64,000 nt of DNA from contig CAIIXF020000001.1 of NCBI GenBank assembly GCA_903813345.2, forward strand, positions 47,368,001-47,432,000, in the 5' to 3' direction. Shown here piece by piece: positions 24,401 through 39,400 of this stretch. Both the position numbers and the translations under genes were made by a program. This DNA is from Owenia fusiformis (Eukaryota). The notes under the pieces are model-generated. The model made no database searches. It was not told the DNA's origin and saw only the letters and a program-made list of their open reading frames with translations. Positions within the stretch are counted from its first letter, which is position 1. The number at the start of each line of letters is the position of its first letter.

Positions 24401-27400
24401 AAGGTTACCCCAATTTCCTGCGGCAATGGTAACTGCGGCATTCTATAAATGATTAACGATAAATGATTATCATAGTGCATGATCTTTTAATTTGGCAATA
24501 TGTAGGTCGATGACGATATAAAATAAAAAGGAGAATATACCGCTTCAGTTATCAGCTTAGCAACAATATTCTCTAAATTTGAGTTTTGTGCATTCGGTGC
24601 TCCAATGGATAGGCTGCAAAATATGATGATATGTATTGGTGATAGTCACATTACGTCAAGCAATCCCACTGCCCTCATTAGTTGTGAAGATATTACATTC
24701 TATGGTGGGAGGTTGCTACTATTTAAAATATTTGTACAGTTATGGTGTTGGACTGAAAGATTTTATAATTACGTAAATGCTCATGTAGTGCCATGCTCAT
24801 GTTTAAAAAATCAGACTATGCAGATTGTGGCAAGTAATAGTATTCGTCCTTAATATCTCAAAATGCATCTATGTCTTTAAGGAAAACAAGACATTAACAT
24901 GACAAAATGTCACCACCTAGTTGCTCAAAATACTATGAGTTCAAACTTAAGTCAGATTTGAAATTCTGAGAACTTGTAGTTGATTTTGAAAAAGTTGGTC
25001 AATTTGGAGCAAGATGTAAAATACCTTTTTGACCTAGATAATGTTATTGAAGGTCAATCAGATTTGAACTTTTGATGATTTTGAAAAAACTGAACAATAT
25101 GAAATACCTTTTTGACCTTTTTTTGACCTTGAGAAAGTCATTGAAGGTCACATCTCACATCAAAAGTAAGATTTGAACTGATAACTTGTAGATGATTTTG
25201 AAAAAATTGGTCAATTTGAAGCAAGTCGGAAAATACCCCTTTGACCTTTTTAACATTTTTTGTCCTTGAAAAGGTTATTCGAAGGTCAACTCTTAAGACC
25301 ACATACCCATTTCTAACTTTCTAAATGTATTTTTCTCAAATGGATACACACCTAGTATATTTCGACCAACACTCATTACCTCGGAATCAGTCTCATTGAT
25401 TGACAATATTTTCACCAACAAAAATAATATTCAAAACTCAGGACTAATTCTCATTGATATATCAGATTACTTACCATGTTATGCTATTTTTGAGACCACT
25501 GTTAGTGAGCTTAAAGAGGATATAATTAACTTTCGAAAAATTAACGAAGAAACCATGGCAAATTTCAAAAATGAGATAAACAATATGGATTTTTCAGAAA
25601 TCTATCAACATGATAATGTTAATGAAGCTTATCAACTCTTTTCAAACATGATCAAAAATGCATATAATACTAGCTTTCCTTTGACTACCAAAAAACTCAC
25701 AATAGTGAGAAACCGTGGATATCTAAAGCAATTATCAATTCTTGTAAAAAAAAAAACAGTCTGTACAAGAAATATTTGAAAAATCCTTCACAAGCACGAA
25801 AATCTGAATACAAAAAGTATAAATGTGTTCTTCGCAAAACTTTGAGGAAAGCTGAGAAGCTATATTATGACAATAAATTTGATAAAATCAAAGGAAGCAT
25901 GAAGGACACATGTAGACTAATGGTCATTAATAAATGGCATCCTTAAGCGAAAAATCTCCCCAAAGAAAATTTCTACTACATTTAGATCAGGAGATAAGCA
26001 CTTTAAGGAACCACAAGAAATCGCAAACAACTTCAACAATTTTATTCTATAATATTGGAAACAACCTTGCTAGAAAAATTCCAATCTCTCAAAAACAGCC
26101 AAGGTATTATTTAGAAAAAATTGAAAAAAATGTCAATAGGTCAATTTCTTTATTAGATGTTTCAAATGATGAGCAAAATCTTACATTAGAACTTGAAGAC
26201 AAAAGCCCTGGTCAAGATCAAATCAAACCAATTGCAATAAAAGCAGATAATTTAATTATACCTCTGACATATATATGCAACCTCTCTCTTTCAACAGCAA
26301 CATTTCCAGACTTACTAAAATAAGCAAAGGTCAAGCCTATAGTCCATGGTATGAAATCTCTAGGACGTCTAATAAAGGAGCTTGTAGCACACTATAGCGC
26401 AGCGATATTTGACCTTACATTAACATACCTACATATGTCCCGTTATAATTTTTATTATAACCTTTCAATATACTTCCGGCTTTTAGGCTGAATTATGCCT
26501 GCCATTAACAGAGGTAAAAAATCACCAAAAAATCAAATCCCAATTTCGCACAATTTGGAGTACACAATGCAACAGAAAATAATACAAAATGATTTTAAAT
26601 ATATGACTTAGGTCTATAGCTCAGTTGCTTTTAAAACAACCATCAAGACTTGATCAAATTCATGAATAATTGAGAAAAATCGTTATCATTATCTTCCTAA
26701 AATTTGATTGTATCCAGCGGTAAGGTCAAAGAACAAACAGCCATCAGAAAACTTGATGATATCCACCAGTAACGTCGAGGAAGAATATCAAGGCGTTCGA
26801 TTGCATATGACTCTAATTGATTATTAGACATGCCCTTGGAATATATGAGCATTCCAATACCTCTGTAACATTTAATTAGATATAAATCTTACCTATTTGT
26901 TATTGTATTATGTTTTGTAAAACACGAACAAAAATTTGTTGTTTGACCCCTTGCGATTATATGGAAAAATTCTGGAAATAAAATGTTTTAAATGGTAAGA
27001 AAACTAATATGTTCCCAATCATAAATTACCTAAATATTCCACATAATTTTGTTGAATCATCTTGGCTCATATTTGAAAAATCAAACAAAATCTGAAAAAC
27101 ACACTTGCATAATTACACTAATTAAACACCGACATCTACGGTAAAATTAAATAGTTTAATTTAATTTTTAAATTGTGATAATTTATCTTTGTTCGTATGC
27201 TTAGAATAACGATCTGTGTCTTATAAAATGTATAAAAGTTCGAATCAAAATATTTACGTTTTTCGACCCCTTGTGATGAAAGACATTTTTCGACCCGAAA
27301 GCCGGAAGTTTTTTCAGCAAATGGTATTTTAAAAGAATCAAGACATGTACACCTTCATAAATATTGCTTCAAATGTTGCTGCGCTATAGTGTGCTACGGA

Positions 27401-30400
27401 TCCTTCATATTCGAAAGTCATACCATGGACTACTACATTTAAAAAGGAGGATGAAACTAAATTCAATAACTGCAGACCAATATCCCTATTATCAGTATTC
27501 TCAAAAGTGTTGGAGCGAGTAATGGCAAATCGACTTATAGATTTTCTAGAAAAATATAATATCTTCTGTGAACAGCAATTTGGTTTTAGAAAAAATAGAT
27601 CTACATATATGGCTATTACACGCTTCCTAGAAACATTAATCCAGTCAATTGAAAAGAAAGATCTTAATATTGCTTTTTTCATCAACTTGTCTAAAGCATT
27701 CGGTACGTTAATCTTGAAATACTTTTTCAAAAATTATACTATTATGGAATCAGGGGAAATGCACATAAGTAGTTCATTAGCTATCTTTCAAACCGAACTC
27801 AGGAAACAGAATATAACGACAAGACTTCCAAAATCAACACAGTCACCTGCGGGATTCCACAGGGCACAATCCTTGGACCTATTCTGTTTCTTATTTACAT
27901 CAATGACATTGTTACGACATCCTCTATATTTAAATTTGTTATCTTTGCTGATGATACAAACCATCTCTGCTCACATAAAAACTAAGTACTCTTATTAATC
28001 AAGTCAACTCTGAATTAGAAAATCTTGACGAATGGCTATGTGCAAATAAATTATCGCTTAATATAGAAAAATTAAAATTCATGATCTTTCATCCACACAA
28101 TTTAAAAGAATCTAAAATAAAAATGCTAAATATTAAAATTAGAAATAAACCCATTGAGAGAATTTCAAAGACTACTTTCCTAGGAGTTATTATCGATGAT
28201 AAACTTAAATGGAATGAGCATATTGCTCATGTATCTACCAAAATTTCACAAGTAGTAGGAATTCTTTACAAGGTCAAAAATAAGATAGATCACTCTGCAA
28301 TGATGTCTATTTATTACTCTCTTATATATAGCCATATAAATTATTGTATTCTTATCTGGGGAACAGCAACTAAAGCTCTATTGTTTCGAATTCTGAAATA
28401 ACAAAAAAGATTTTTAAGACTTATTACAAACAGTGTTAGAACAGACGATTCCTCTCTACAATTTAAGAAAATAAAGATACTTAAATTAGAAGATATTCAT
28501 AAGCTAAATGTTTGTATTTTTGTATTTAATTGTCTCAAACGACCCAACGAAATTCCTCAAACTTTATTCTATGACTATTTCATATCAAATGCTCAAACTC
28601 ATGGTCAAGAGACACGTTATATATTCAATCTTAGAGCTAATAAATTTTAATCTACATTTGGACAAAGGAGCATTAAATACATAGGGCAAACAACATGGAA
28701 TGAATTACCTAAAACTTTTAAACATCTGAATTCTAGAAATTTTAAGTCAGATTTGAAAAAGTATTATCTGGACAAGTATTAAATTGATCTGTATAACATT
28801 TAGCTATATGTGCTTATATATATGTATATTTCTTTCTCTTCTTTTACTCTTCTCCTAACTTTCTATCTTTAAAAACAGTTTTATATCTTGTCATCTTGAT
28901 TAATACAATTATGTAATATAATCATATGTAACAATATACACCTGCATGTGTGTCAGTTGCCTGTACAATGAACATTGATATAATTGATGAATAAACAACT
29001 ATGCAAACAAACTGTAAGAATAAAGTCAGATTTGAACTTCTGGAAACTTGTAGATGATTTTGAAAAAAGCCAGTCTATACAGTTTATGATAAGTTATTGG
29101 AAGTTGTAAGAATTTGTTACAGACGCCGATCGCCAACCACCAACCGCCGTCAAAAAACGGAGACCATTACAATATGTCACCACTTTTTGGTGGTGACATC
29201 AAAAGTCTAGTTTGTGCTATTCCCGCGCTGTTATTATATTAATTGTTTTATGTACAAATCCAGTTATCTATCGCCGATGGGTATTGGTTATTTGGTCATA
29301 TGATCGCAACTTACTTGACAATGCTCTTTCGGCCCGATGCGACAATCATATCATGCGCACGATTAAGGCCAGCTATGAGTGTACTGAAAAAATAATGGAA
29401 ATCCCTAAAACATTAGTGGAGAGCTCCACTTTCTTGATATGATTAAGATGGGCCCTTATCTGACGATAATCAATGGCCATCAATAACTAAATTCGATTCA
29501 AACATGACCGTGCTCTAATCTCTTTCTCATCCGTGCTCTTTCTCATCCAATCAGAATGCAGCATAGCCAAGAGATGCACGACTATTCAATCTGCTTCCAG
29601 GAATCTATGTACATGTATTGTGTTGTATAATGACGTCACGTGACGTGAAATTCTACACTCCAGAGGGGGATTAACACCAGAGTTCAAAGGAGACATACGC
29701 TTATAATGAAAATCCACACCAAACTAGTTCTTACCCGTTCTTGCCAGTACTACGAAAACGTCTGTGATCTGTGAAATATGTCTAAAATAATCAGCTACTT
29801 CGTTCATAAACATTCTTCAATACGACCATCTCAATCGCAGTTCGTTCAGGTCGCACCACGTCGGTGTGCAATGTCGTATAACGCGTCCCTTAGTCTAGAA
29901 GGTCATCATATGACCTGATTACAGAACGGTATGGTCGCCATCGAACTTTGAATCAATTCAAAATTCTAAAATCACATTCCCGTCTGAGAACGTTCACGAA
30001 GTTCGTAAATAGACCTTAGAAAGTTGCAGCTACGTTCATTCCGTTCGCACACAGTTTAAAACCAGTTTTGAAGAACGCAGTGGCAACTTGTTTGGTGTGA
30101 TAGCTATATTTTTGTTAACTCGTTCACAAGCAGTCTTAAATACGTTCTTAATCAGTTTGAACCCGTTTGCAATTAGTTCTACCTCGTTCTAAATACGTCC
30201 TCAGACAATTCAGCTCGTTGTTAAAACGTCCCTAGTAGGATAGAAGTACGATGGTTCCGTTCGTAGTTCGTCCAGCTCGTCGTTAGTACGTTGTCACTTG
30301 TTCTAATTGTAGAACGTATCGACCAAGAGAACATTTTGAGCAAGTCATAGAGGACCTACCCGTTCGAGTACGTTCGATGAAGTTTGCAAATAGACCCCAA

Positions 30401-33400
30401 ACGGTTATAAGTTCGTCCAGTCCGTTCGTACAAATTTGAAGCTCGTTTTCGAGAACGTAGTGAAAACTAGTTTGGTGTGATAGTAGGATAATTGAAAGGA
30501 GCGCTATATTGGAGGGTACACACTCTAGGAACACGTTGAAATCGACAGAGCAGTCATTGGTAGCTTCTTAAGTCCTTATTATCCAAAATCCTATGTTAAA
30601 ACGGTTGATTCAATGGGTAACACTATAAATATACACGCCTTCAGATAATTCGAGGTGAATAAATATCAACTTTAATAATAATAGTCAATCCTCACAATTT
30701 CCTTGACAAGTTTGAATAAAAAAATTAGCAATTGAAGACCCTATTGGAACATTACATGGAATAATAAAAACATATAATTATGTACTGCCATGATATTAAT
30801 TTGGCTCTTCAAAGTAGGCACAAATTATCTTTACATTCAATGTGTAATTTTGTAGTTTCATAAAAATAACTTCATGGGCTTTACAGTCATGGTCGAAATG
30901 CCTTCAAAACGCAGTCATACCTCCTGGTTCAGGCAGGCTTTAGAAGGCATTTCGACCATGATTGTAAAGTCCTTGGAAGGTTTTACAGGGTGGCCCAAAA
31001 ACAGAACCCTCTAGAAATGTAATAATTGTCTATTCATTTTTAAATCAAAATATTAAATCAGACTTAGGCTACATTTCATCTCTTCTTTGGAATTTCATTT
31101 TGAATAAAATCTCAAGAAATGATTTTGTCTCGATGTTGATTTTCCGAAAATTGGACACATTCTAAGATCATCCATGATATCACAACTAATTAATTTTGTG
31201 TAACAAACTATACGATATCATATTATTATCCATATACTCTAGTTTATGCCTATAAAATAGGTTGAAATGATAGGTATTAAAGATATTATTACACTTTTAG
31301 AGGGTTCTGTTTTTGGGCCACCTTGTAGACGAAGCTCTACAGATTTTCCACATAATAGCCCAATTTACATTAGCACAGCATTCCAAGACGTTTTGGCTAA
31401 AACGTTTTAGAAAAATTAAGTTGAGTTTACATTACCATTTTCAAGACGTCTTGGGAAATAAGATCGAGTTTACACCTGTTTTCCTAAAACGTCTTAGAGA
31501 TATGAGGTATACATGTAAAATGAAAAAAAAAAACAGTTCAGTACTGGTTGAAGGACAGTTCAGTCAATATAGCTATTCCTTTCCCGCTTCTATACTTTGT
31601 ACCCGACTTTGTACTAAAGAATGCATCGGTTTCAGAAAAATATATGTCCTAAAGACAGCATTGTTAAAAGCATGAAAGAGAGCACGAAGATTTCATGCAT
31701 AAATTAGGATTATGATAAATCGCCAGGCAAATAAGATTAGTTCTTCTCAATAATTTTGGGATGATATTGGGAACAAGGGATAAGACAAAATAAAGGACCA
31801 TGCGACATATGTAAATGTAAAGTTTCAAATGTTTCGTTCGGCGCAACGCAAAAAACACTATGGCTAGTAGGCTCTTTATTGCGGTTACAGTAACCCCTGA
31901 CTGCGTTTTGAAGTACAAAATAATGTCTTTTGAGTAGGTGTCCAAGGCATTTTGTTTTTCAAATAACTAACTACAGGAGCTATACATTTAGGGTCTCTTC
32001 TTATTAGTTTCGTATTTTCCAAGATATAGCGATTGATTTATTCGGATGCGTTTTTTCGAAAACCTTGTACTGTATATGGGCAATATATCAGCCATTATTA
32101 CCACCTTGCCGGGCCAGTTCTAGGGGTTTTATAGTCTATTAGTGCTAGTTTAGAAGGTGTTTATTTTACTATATCGACCTGAGCAATATGTGACGTCATA
32201 GTGTTGGTCAAGAATGTATTTCAGACCGGTCGAGAATGCATTTAACGACCGGCAATTTTCCCTGGGAAACTAGATATCGTTCAGTGCGTAAGATTTTCTT
32301 GTTGTTTCAGTCCTGGTCGTTAACGGTGGTAACAATACTAATAACTTCTGCGGGCAATATAGTGTACTATATTGCCCTTCGAAATGACCATGTGGTACAC
32401 GTTTTCATTTCGATTTTATATGCCATGCTTAAACTCGTTAACCTCTCATTTGAGGTTGAGGCAGTTATGATGAAACATTGTTAATATCATAAATGATTTT
32501 TTTATATATTTTATTTTATTTTATAATAAAAGATGTATGAAGAATTCCTGAAAGATTAAGTCTTATCCAACAAAATTTGGTAGAGATATGGGATAATTTG
32601 TCCCAGAAACTACATAATTTTTGGGAAAAATTCTCAATCGGAGGATATAATTATGCAGTCATTAAAAAATTTGGGCCTATTGTGTATAAAACCTGAATAA
32701 AAACTTCACTGATGTTGTTAGCACATATATATTTCATACATTTCAATAAATAGTGTATAAATCTATTTTTCTGATTTTTCTCTTTAGGACCTCTTATAAG
32801 AATTCAAGAAAATGGGCGTGGCATCTTACACTTACAGTATTGAACTTGTTGCTAGGGTCAAATAGAAAATGTGTTTCATTTCACCAAAATGTGTTATTCT
32901 AAATAAATCTACACATATGCATATGCGAACGTCCAGTTGTCAAAACTATGCAGGGGTGTACAAGCTTTATTTTATATTTGTCATAAATTGTTGAGTTGTA
33001 ATGTTTTGTGTTGTGTTTATGTAATAGAAACTGTCTCTCGTTTAGAGCAATGATGTAGTATTTAAGGAGGAAAATAAAGAACTGTACATGATAAGTGCAT
33101 AAAACCTGACTCAAATGAAATAATAGTGCTCTTCACCCTCTTCAAGTGATCCATTCGATTCCAAGGCAACGATTATTGGAATCTATTTCACTTGTCGGCT
33201 ACGGGTATTTTACTTGAACATTTGTAATATCTTCAAATAAACCTTTTCTTTAGTTAAAAACATTCAATACAAGACAACGTGCATTTGGAAGCGCCCAATT
33301 AAACTGAATCACGTGATCTAATTATGCGCAATGAATTATATGATTTCTGTCGCAGTGTTGCGACGGCCAATCAGATTGCGAGTTCTTAATCGGGGAAATG

Positions 33401-36400
33401 CTAACTGCTTATCGCAGGGGGTAAAAGGAAAGAATATATTCTGGATTTTGAAGCCCTGAAGATTGGAGGATGGACAACGTGTAACTACGGAATGGCTCAT
33501 CCATGGATATATCTTTTGGATGAGCCATCTTATACTTTTTTGGACAAAGGATCCCGTATTTCTACCAAATCATGTTGAATAAGGCTTAAACTTTCAGAAA
33601 TTGTATATACTGTATGTTTTATCACAACTGCTGCATCTCCAAATGAGATGAGATGGTTTTAACATACGGTCAAACTCAGACTTGGAAATGATAACATTTG
33701 CTGACTCAGCACCAATTAGCCTGATTTTCAAACTGCCATCGATTTTCTTTTACATGTCTTGGGGTCCCCTACAAGGATCTGAATTCAATTTGAATCAATA
33801 GTTTGGACACGAAGAGGATTGCCCGAAGTTCTACTCGTATATAACACATTCTGCATATGGTGACTCTACTTCATTATTCTAAATACCTACGCAAATGTGC
33901 CGTAGCCCCACTCATCAAATATTTTGATTGCATGTATCCTCGCCCCTGGTGCAGCGCCAAATTCCCCACCAATCAGACCTACAAATAAAGAAATTTAAGC
34001 TTCTTAATCTTTCCTGTAAATTGAGCCAACAAAATGTTCTGAAAAGCAAGCCCAATGTTCTGTTTAAGAACCCATATTCTGACTATTGAAAATAGTTTCT
34101 AGGAATACTATCCAACATGAATCTACTTGTTGAGACTTGATTAAGTTGAGTTGTTGTATTGGCTAAAGATGGGGATACAATTGACTTAAAAGCTGCATAA
34201 TATCATAGATGTCATCATTGGGTAGATACAAAATCCTCATAATCTCAGTCAAATTGAACTCAGGTTTATCGAGTCTCAACAAGTAGATTAAAAAATTTCA
34301 AAAATCAGAATAGGGGTTCAGGACATTAAAGCTTTTCTAAGACCTTTTGGATATTTTGGTTAACTCTAAAAGAATGCAAAATGTCGTTTGTTAAAATAGA
34401 AACACACCCAGCAGTGAAACTCGCTTTGGTTGTCAGACCTCAAATTAGTATCAGGAGTTTTGTACAGGGTGACCCCAGAAAACAGAACTCTCTAAAAGTG
34501 TAATAATTTCTTAAATAAAACCCAATATTGATTATTTGTAATACTATGGATGGTTTTAGAATGTGTCCAATTTTCCAAAAATCAACATTGAGACAAAATC
34601 ATATCTTGTGATTTTGAGAGTAATTCAGAAAGAAATTCCAAAGAGAACGTCAAATGAAAGTCTCATTAAATATTGCAATTGAAAAATGAAGAATAGGCAA
34701 TGGTAAAACACCTAGTAAAAATCAGATGACTAAAATTCCTGGCCTCAAACGCAGTACGAAATTCCAGTTGATGAATTCTGAAGAAATTGTTAAGATAGCA
34801 AAATGATCAGTCAGGAGAATTGCATTTCAAAGTCAAATATTTAATAATGAGCTAAAAGCGAAAGAAAGTAAAAGTTTAACACCCGAATGAAAAAATTGAT
34901 CAGTTACACCCATACCCATTTACCGGGTAATTGCGTTGAACGCAGTTCCAAAATATCACCCAGAAGGTGCAGCCATACCTAAAGATGACTTAAAGGTTGC
35001 TTGGACACTACTTCATAACCTCTATATTCACAAAATTCAGCTAAACAAGAATCTAAAAGAATGTGATGAGTTTAAACAAACAATGTGTGGCCTTTTAGTT
35101 GACGTGGAAATCTTACATTTTCTAAAGTGGGCACATTTTTTATTTGAGAATAACAAGAAGAATATTGAATGTTATGTAACAAAGGACTCACATTGGCATC
35201 CATAGATTGTAGTTTCCTTTCTTGAAAAATGAAGCTGAATACATACGTATTAGAGAAATTATTTCATTTTTTTAGGCTTCTGTTTTTGGGTCATCCTGTA
35301 TTGTAATGTATTGTTCTTATAATGTATTGCATTGCATTGTATTGTATTGTACTGTATTTTATTGTATTGTATTGCAAATATTGTATGAACAGTTTTGATA
35401 CTGAAAGGATTTAAGAGCCCCATGAAAGTTTACGATAATTAGTATAAACTAATTTTGCCATTTTACTCAAGACATTTGCGGTAATATCAACGACATCCAT
35501 TTGTACCATTTTTTGCCAACACAACGGGTAATCGTGACCAAAGAGATGTATTTCTAAAAATTGATTACTTTTTCCTAAAAACAGCTGCTTTAATGATGAA
35601 TTTTTGAACGAAAAACAAAATTTCTATATTGAGGCTAATATAAACTCTGAATTAATATAATGTATAAATTGCATCGATATTTTCCAACATGTTTATAAAA
35701 TCTGCTACCAGCCCCAATAAATAGATTGTTTGATATTTCTTGCTCATTAAATAGAATCCGTTTATTCCCATTAATACAATTGTGAAATATCTTTATCCTT
35801 TTACACAAATTAAACAAAATGAACAATTTATGTAAAAATCGTTTAAATACTACATTCAGCTGTTAGTATCATTTTTCAAAATAATTGATTAATCGTAAGC
35901 AGATATGTTCATAGCTGATATCTTAGATGTGTTTGGAGTATACTAAACATTAGACAGCAACAAAATTCACAACAGAAATACCAATATTTTGGCTGATATT
36001 TTTTTTAGGTACGCGATAAAGGTACTTTTTGGCGCATCAACACTGCTAATTAAACCATGGACGTATATCATCGTTGATATACGTCCATGATTAAACCAGT
36101 GTGTCGGGGATTCAAATATTTGACAAATCATATGTGCATTTCAAAAGCATTTCATGAGTAACACATATCTAATATAGCCATTTTAGAAGATGATTACAAA
36201 TATATTTTAATTAGAAGTTGGAAAATATCAACGCAATCGACGCACTGCATGTGCTGTAATCTGAATTCTTATATGCCACAAAAACGCAAACGTTACTCTT
36301 TGATCAAAAGTCCATCATTAAAGCTGTTATTAAGAATGAATTAAATTCATGTTCTGTTCCTATGGCCAGGCTCATATATCCAATCAAGTGTGTAGCTTCA

Positions 36401-39400
36401 AGAAGCGAAATTAAACTGTTGGAAAGCGTAGGCCTAAGATGTTTTATTGTTTTACCTGCGATCGCAGTACCATGAGAATTCCACGTGAAATCGTAAGCGT
36501 TTGACTCCTGAGTAACTACATCATATAGCTGAATAATAAGTAATGGGTAATTGCATATATTAAGGAAAATATTATGGCATATCAAAATGTTGAATTTTCG
36601 ACAACAGAATATGCATTCACAAGAAACGTTGTCAATATATTTCACACCGAGACAAAAGTTAAAGCTAAATTATCAGCGCACTATTTTAAGACTATACAGA
36701 ATACGAACCTTCTTCTGCTAAATATAATTGTTTGATTGAATAGAGACGTAAATGTTAATGTCAACATAAATGTTAGATTACCGAATCGATGTTATTGTAG
36801 GTGGCAAATGCTGGATGTTGATCAAAAATCCCCCTAAAAAGATAAATCACAGTACGATTAATTATATTGTTAGTTGTTACCCATCTGTGTAACGTCGCAA
36901 TTCTATTTAAATAGCATATACGCAACTTCAAAATATCAACGAAATTTACTCGGGGTGGAAAATTTTCTAAGAGGCTCCGTTAAGGAAAAAATGACTTTTA
37001 GAGCTGGATGGAATTTCTGTGTATTTTTTATTCTATTAGGGTGTCCTGCATAAGGGATTTCGCCTGCGAAGCATATAACTCTTGCGAACATATCTAAATA
37101 CTGGTCCGAAGAAGACATACCTTGAATTTTTTAGAAAAGAATTGGCTAAAAATGGAAACTACAAAAAGTCAAAATGTTCAACTCAAACAAAGTTGTAGCT
37201 ATTCTATACCAATATTATGTGTTATGTAAGGTTTCTCAAATGTTTCAGGACCTTCATTAGTATACTTGTGTCTAGAAATGTGACATTTAAGGACAAAATT
37301 TGGCATTTTTTAATCATTTTCGCTTTCAGCATTAACATATAGTTCCTTATATCTCGAGATTAATGCTGACTGGTTGTTGCATTTTTGATTAAATGTGTGC
37401 TTGTACATGTGTTCTTCCATTTAAGGTATAGAAAATGTATAGTGGACCACCAATGGTCACATTAGAGCTTTCAGATCTCCCCTACCCCATTTATTATGCA
37501 AAATTACCGAAAAATATGAAAAAATAGAATAACTTGAAATCATAAACTTTAACAAAGTTGTAGCTATTCTATATCAATATTATGTGTTATTTAATGTTTT
37601 TAAGATATTTAAGAACCTTTATCGTTATACAAGTGGCTAGAAATGAGACATTTAAGGACAAAACTTTGCATTTTTTCATCATTTTTGCTTTCAGCAGTAA
37701 TATATAGTTCCTCATATCTTGAGTTTTATGCTGTCTGATTGTTTCATTTTCAATCAAATCTGTACTTGTGCATGTCTTCCTCCATTTAAGATATAGAAAA
37801 TGTATAGTGGACAAACAATGTTCATATTAGAGCTTACAGATATCCCCTACCCAATCTATTATGGAAAATAAACGAGAAATATGAAAAAATAAAATAACTT
37901 GAAATTATAAACTTTAATAAAGTTGTAGCTGTTCTATATCAATATTATGTGTTATTTAATGTTTTTAAGATATTTCAGAACCTTTATTGGTATTCAAGTG
38001 TCTAGAAATGAGACATTTAATAACAAAATTTGGCATTTTTCATCAATTGATCATCATTTTCACTTTTATCAATAACATATACTGTATTTCCTTTTATCTT
38101 GAGTTTTATGCTGATTGGTTGATGGATTCTTGAACAAATCTGTTCTTTTGCCTGCCTACCTTGATTTAAGGTTTTTAAACATGTATATTGGACAGCCTGT
38201 CATTATATTAGAGCTTACATATCTCCCCTACCCCATTTATTTTGAAAAAATAACCAGAAATATAAAAACAATTTCAAAGTATAGACTTTAACAAAGTTGT
38301 CGCTATTCTAGTTCAATACTATGTATTATTTGATATTTTCAGATGTTTCAGGAACTTCATGAGTATACAAGTCCAAAAATTAGACATTTAAAGTTGAGTT
38401 GCAAATGGGACGGGTATTCTCTATCTTTGTCTATTTGGGCTTTCTGGTAATAATACGTTGCAAACTGCTCATGAATCTATGCAATGTATAGTAGAACACT
38501 TGGAATATATTTAAATGAAATGGGGTATAGTAGTGTGATAATTATTATAACCAGTGATCAAGCCATATTGGTTGAATTCCCTCATATCAATTGCAATGTT
38601 GTCAAAGGCTTGGTGATTTTCATATTACACTACTAAGGGTGGTGTAATTAGGAAGTTCATGAAGGATATTGGACATGGGGATATTTTGGTAGTTGCAAAT
38701 ATTGTGAAATGAAGAACAGCCAACAAGATGATTTTGGAAAGCATTACAAAATGGTAAGCTGTCTTTGGTTTGTGAAGGAATGTTAAACAGGATCTTAAGA
38801 GGTTCTGGACAAATCATTTGCGTTATTACGCAGAGACATAAACGTATACACAAGGAAACGATAGGAGATAACCTATTTTATCTCTGTATACATTTTAACT
38901 TTAATACATCGTTGAATCGAATTTGTCCAAAGGTCTTGAAACGTAAAATACCTAAATATTTATCTTAGACCTTGGGATGACCTTGTACAAGAAACATTAA
39001 TGTTGACCTCGGTTCATCTAATCATAATTCGCCAAGGGCCATAGTATCATCAAACGCCAAATACCTAGACATTGATCGTTTATGCCTTGGTCACATAGGC
39101 TCCGATTTTCACTACGGCGCCCGGCCGATTGAGTATTTTGTTCAAAATTGAATACAATATTGAACGAAACACTCAATCGGCCGGGCGCCGGCCGATGGAT
39201 CGGAGCATATGTGACCCAGGCATTACTTGGATTTAAATAAGGAGTATGATTTTAAAATTGGCTAGGTCGTGGTTAAGCAACAATAGTATGTTCGAAATAC
39301 CGCTGTGTAATGCCTGGATCACATTTGCTGCGAGTATTTTGTTCAAAATTGAATACATTTCTGAACACAATACTCAATCGGCCGGGCGCCGTAGTGAAAA

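Larger units (their letters stand above)
24885..29204 (-). mobile_element. Helentron-associated (HINE/DINE-like) element split by a LINE insertion
   Basis: On - strand: 5' subTIR ATGTCACCACC with adjacent inverted GTGGTGACAT (29174-29199), short GGTTGG-type repeats, tandem GATTTGAAC..AACTTGTAGATGATTTTGAAAAAA units on both sides of the LINE, 3' subTIR GGTGGTGACAT followed by a small hairpin; T-rich ends. Confidence 0.65.

Noticed and set aside
32836..32898. In-phase candidate exon with strong GTAAGT donor
   Set aside because: Peptide is not S8-like; 29383-29315 supplies the expected IAGL...IVN segment.
37186..38395. Regular repeats that could suggest a CRISPR-like array
   Set aside because: Whole ~365-bp units repeat with no unique spacers; eukaryotic TE TIR.
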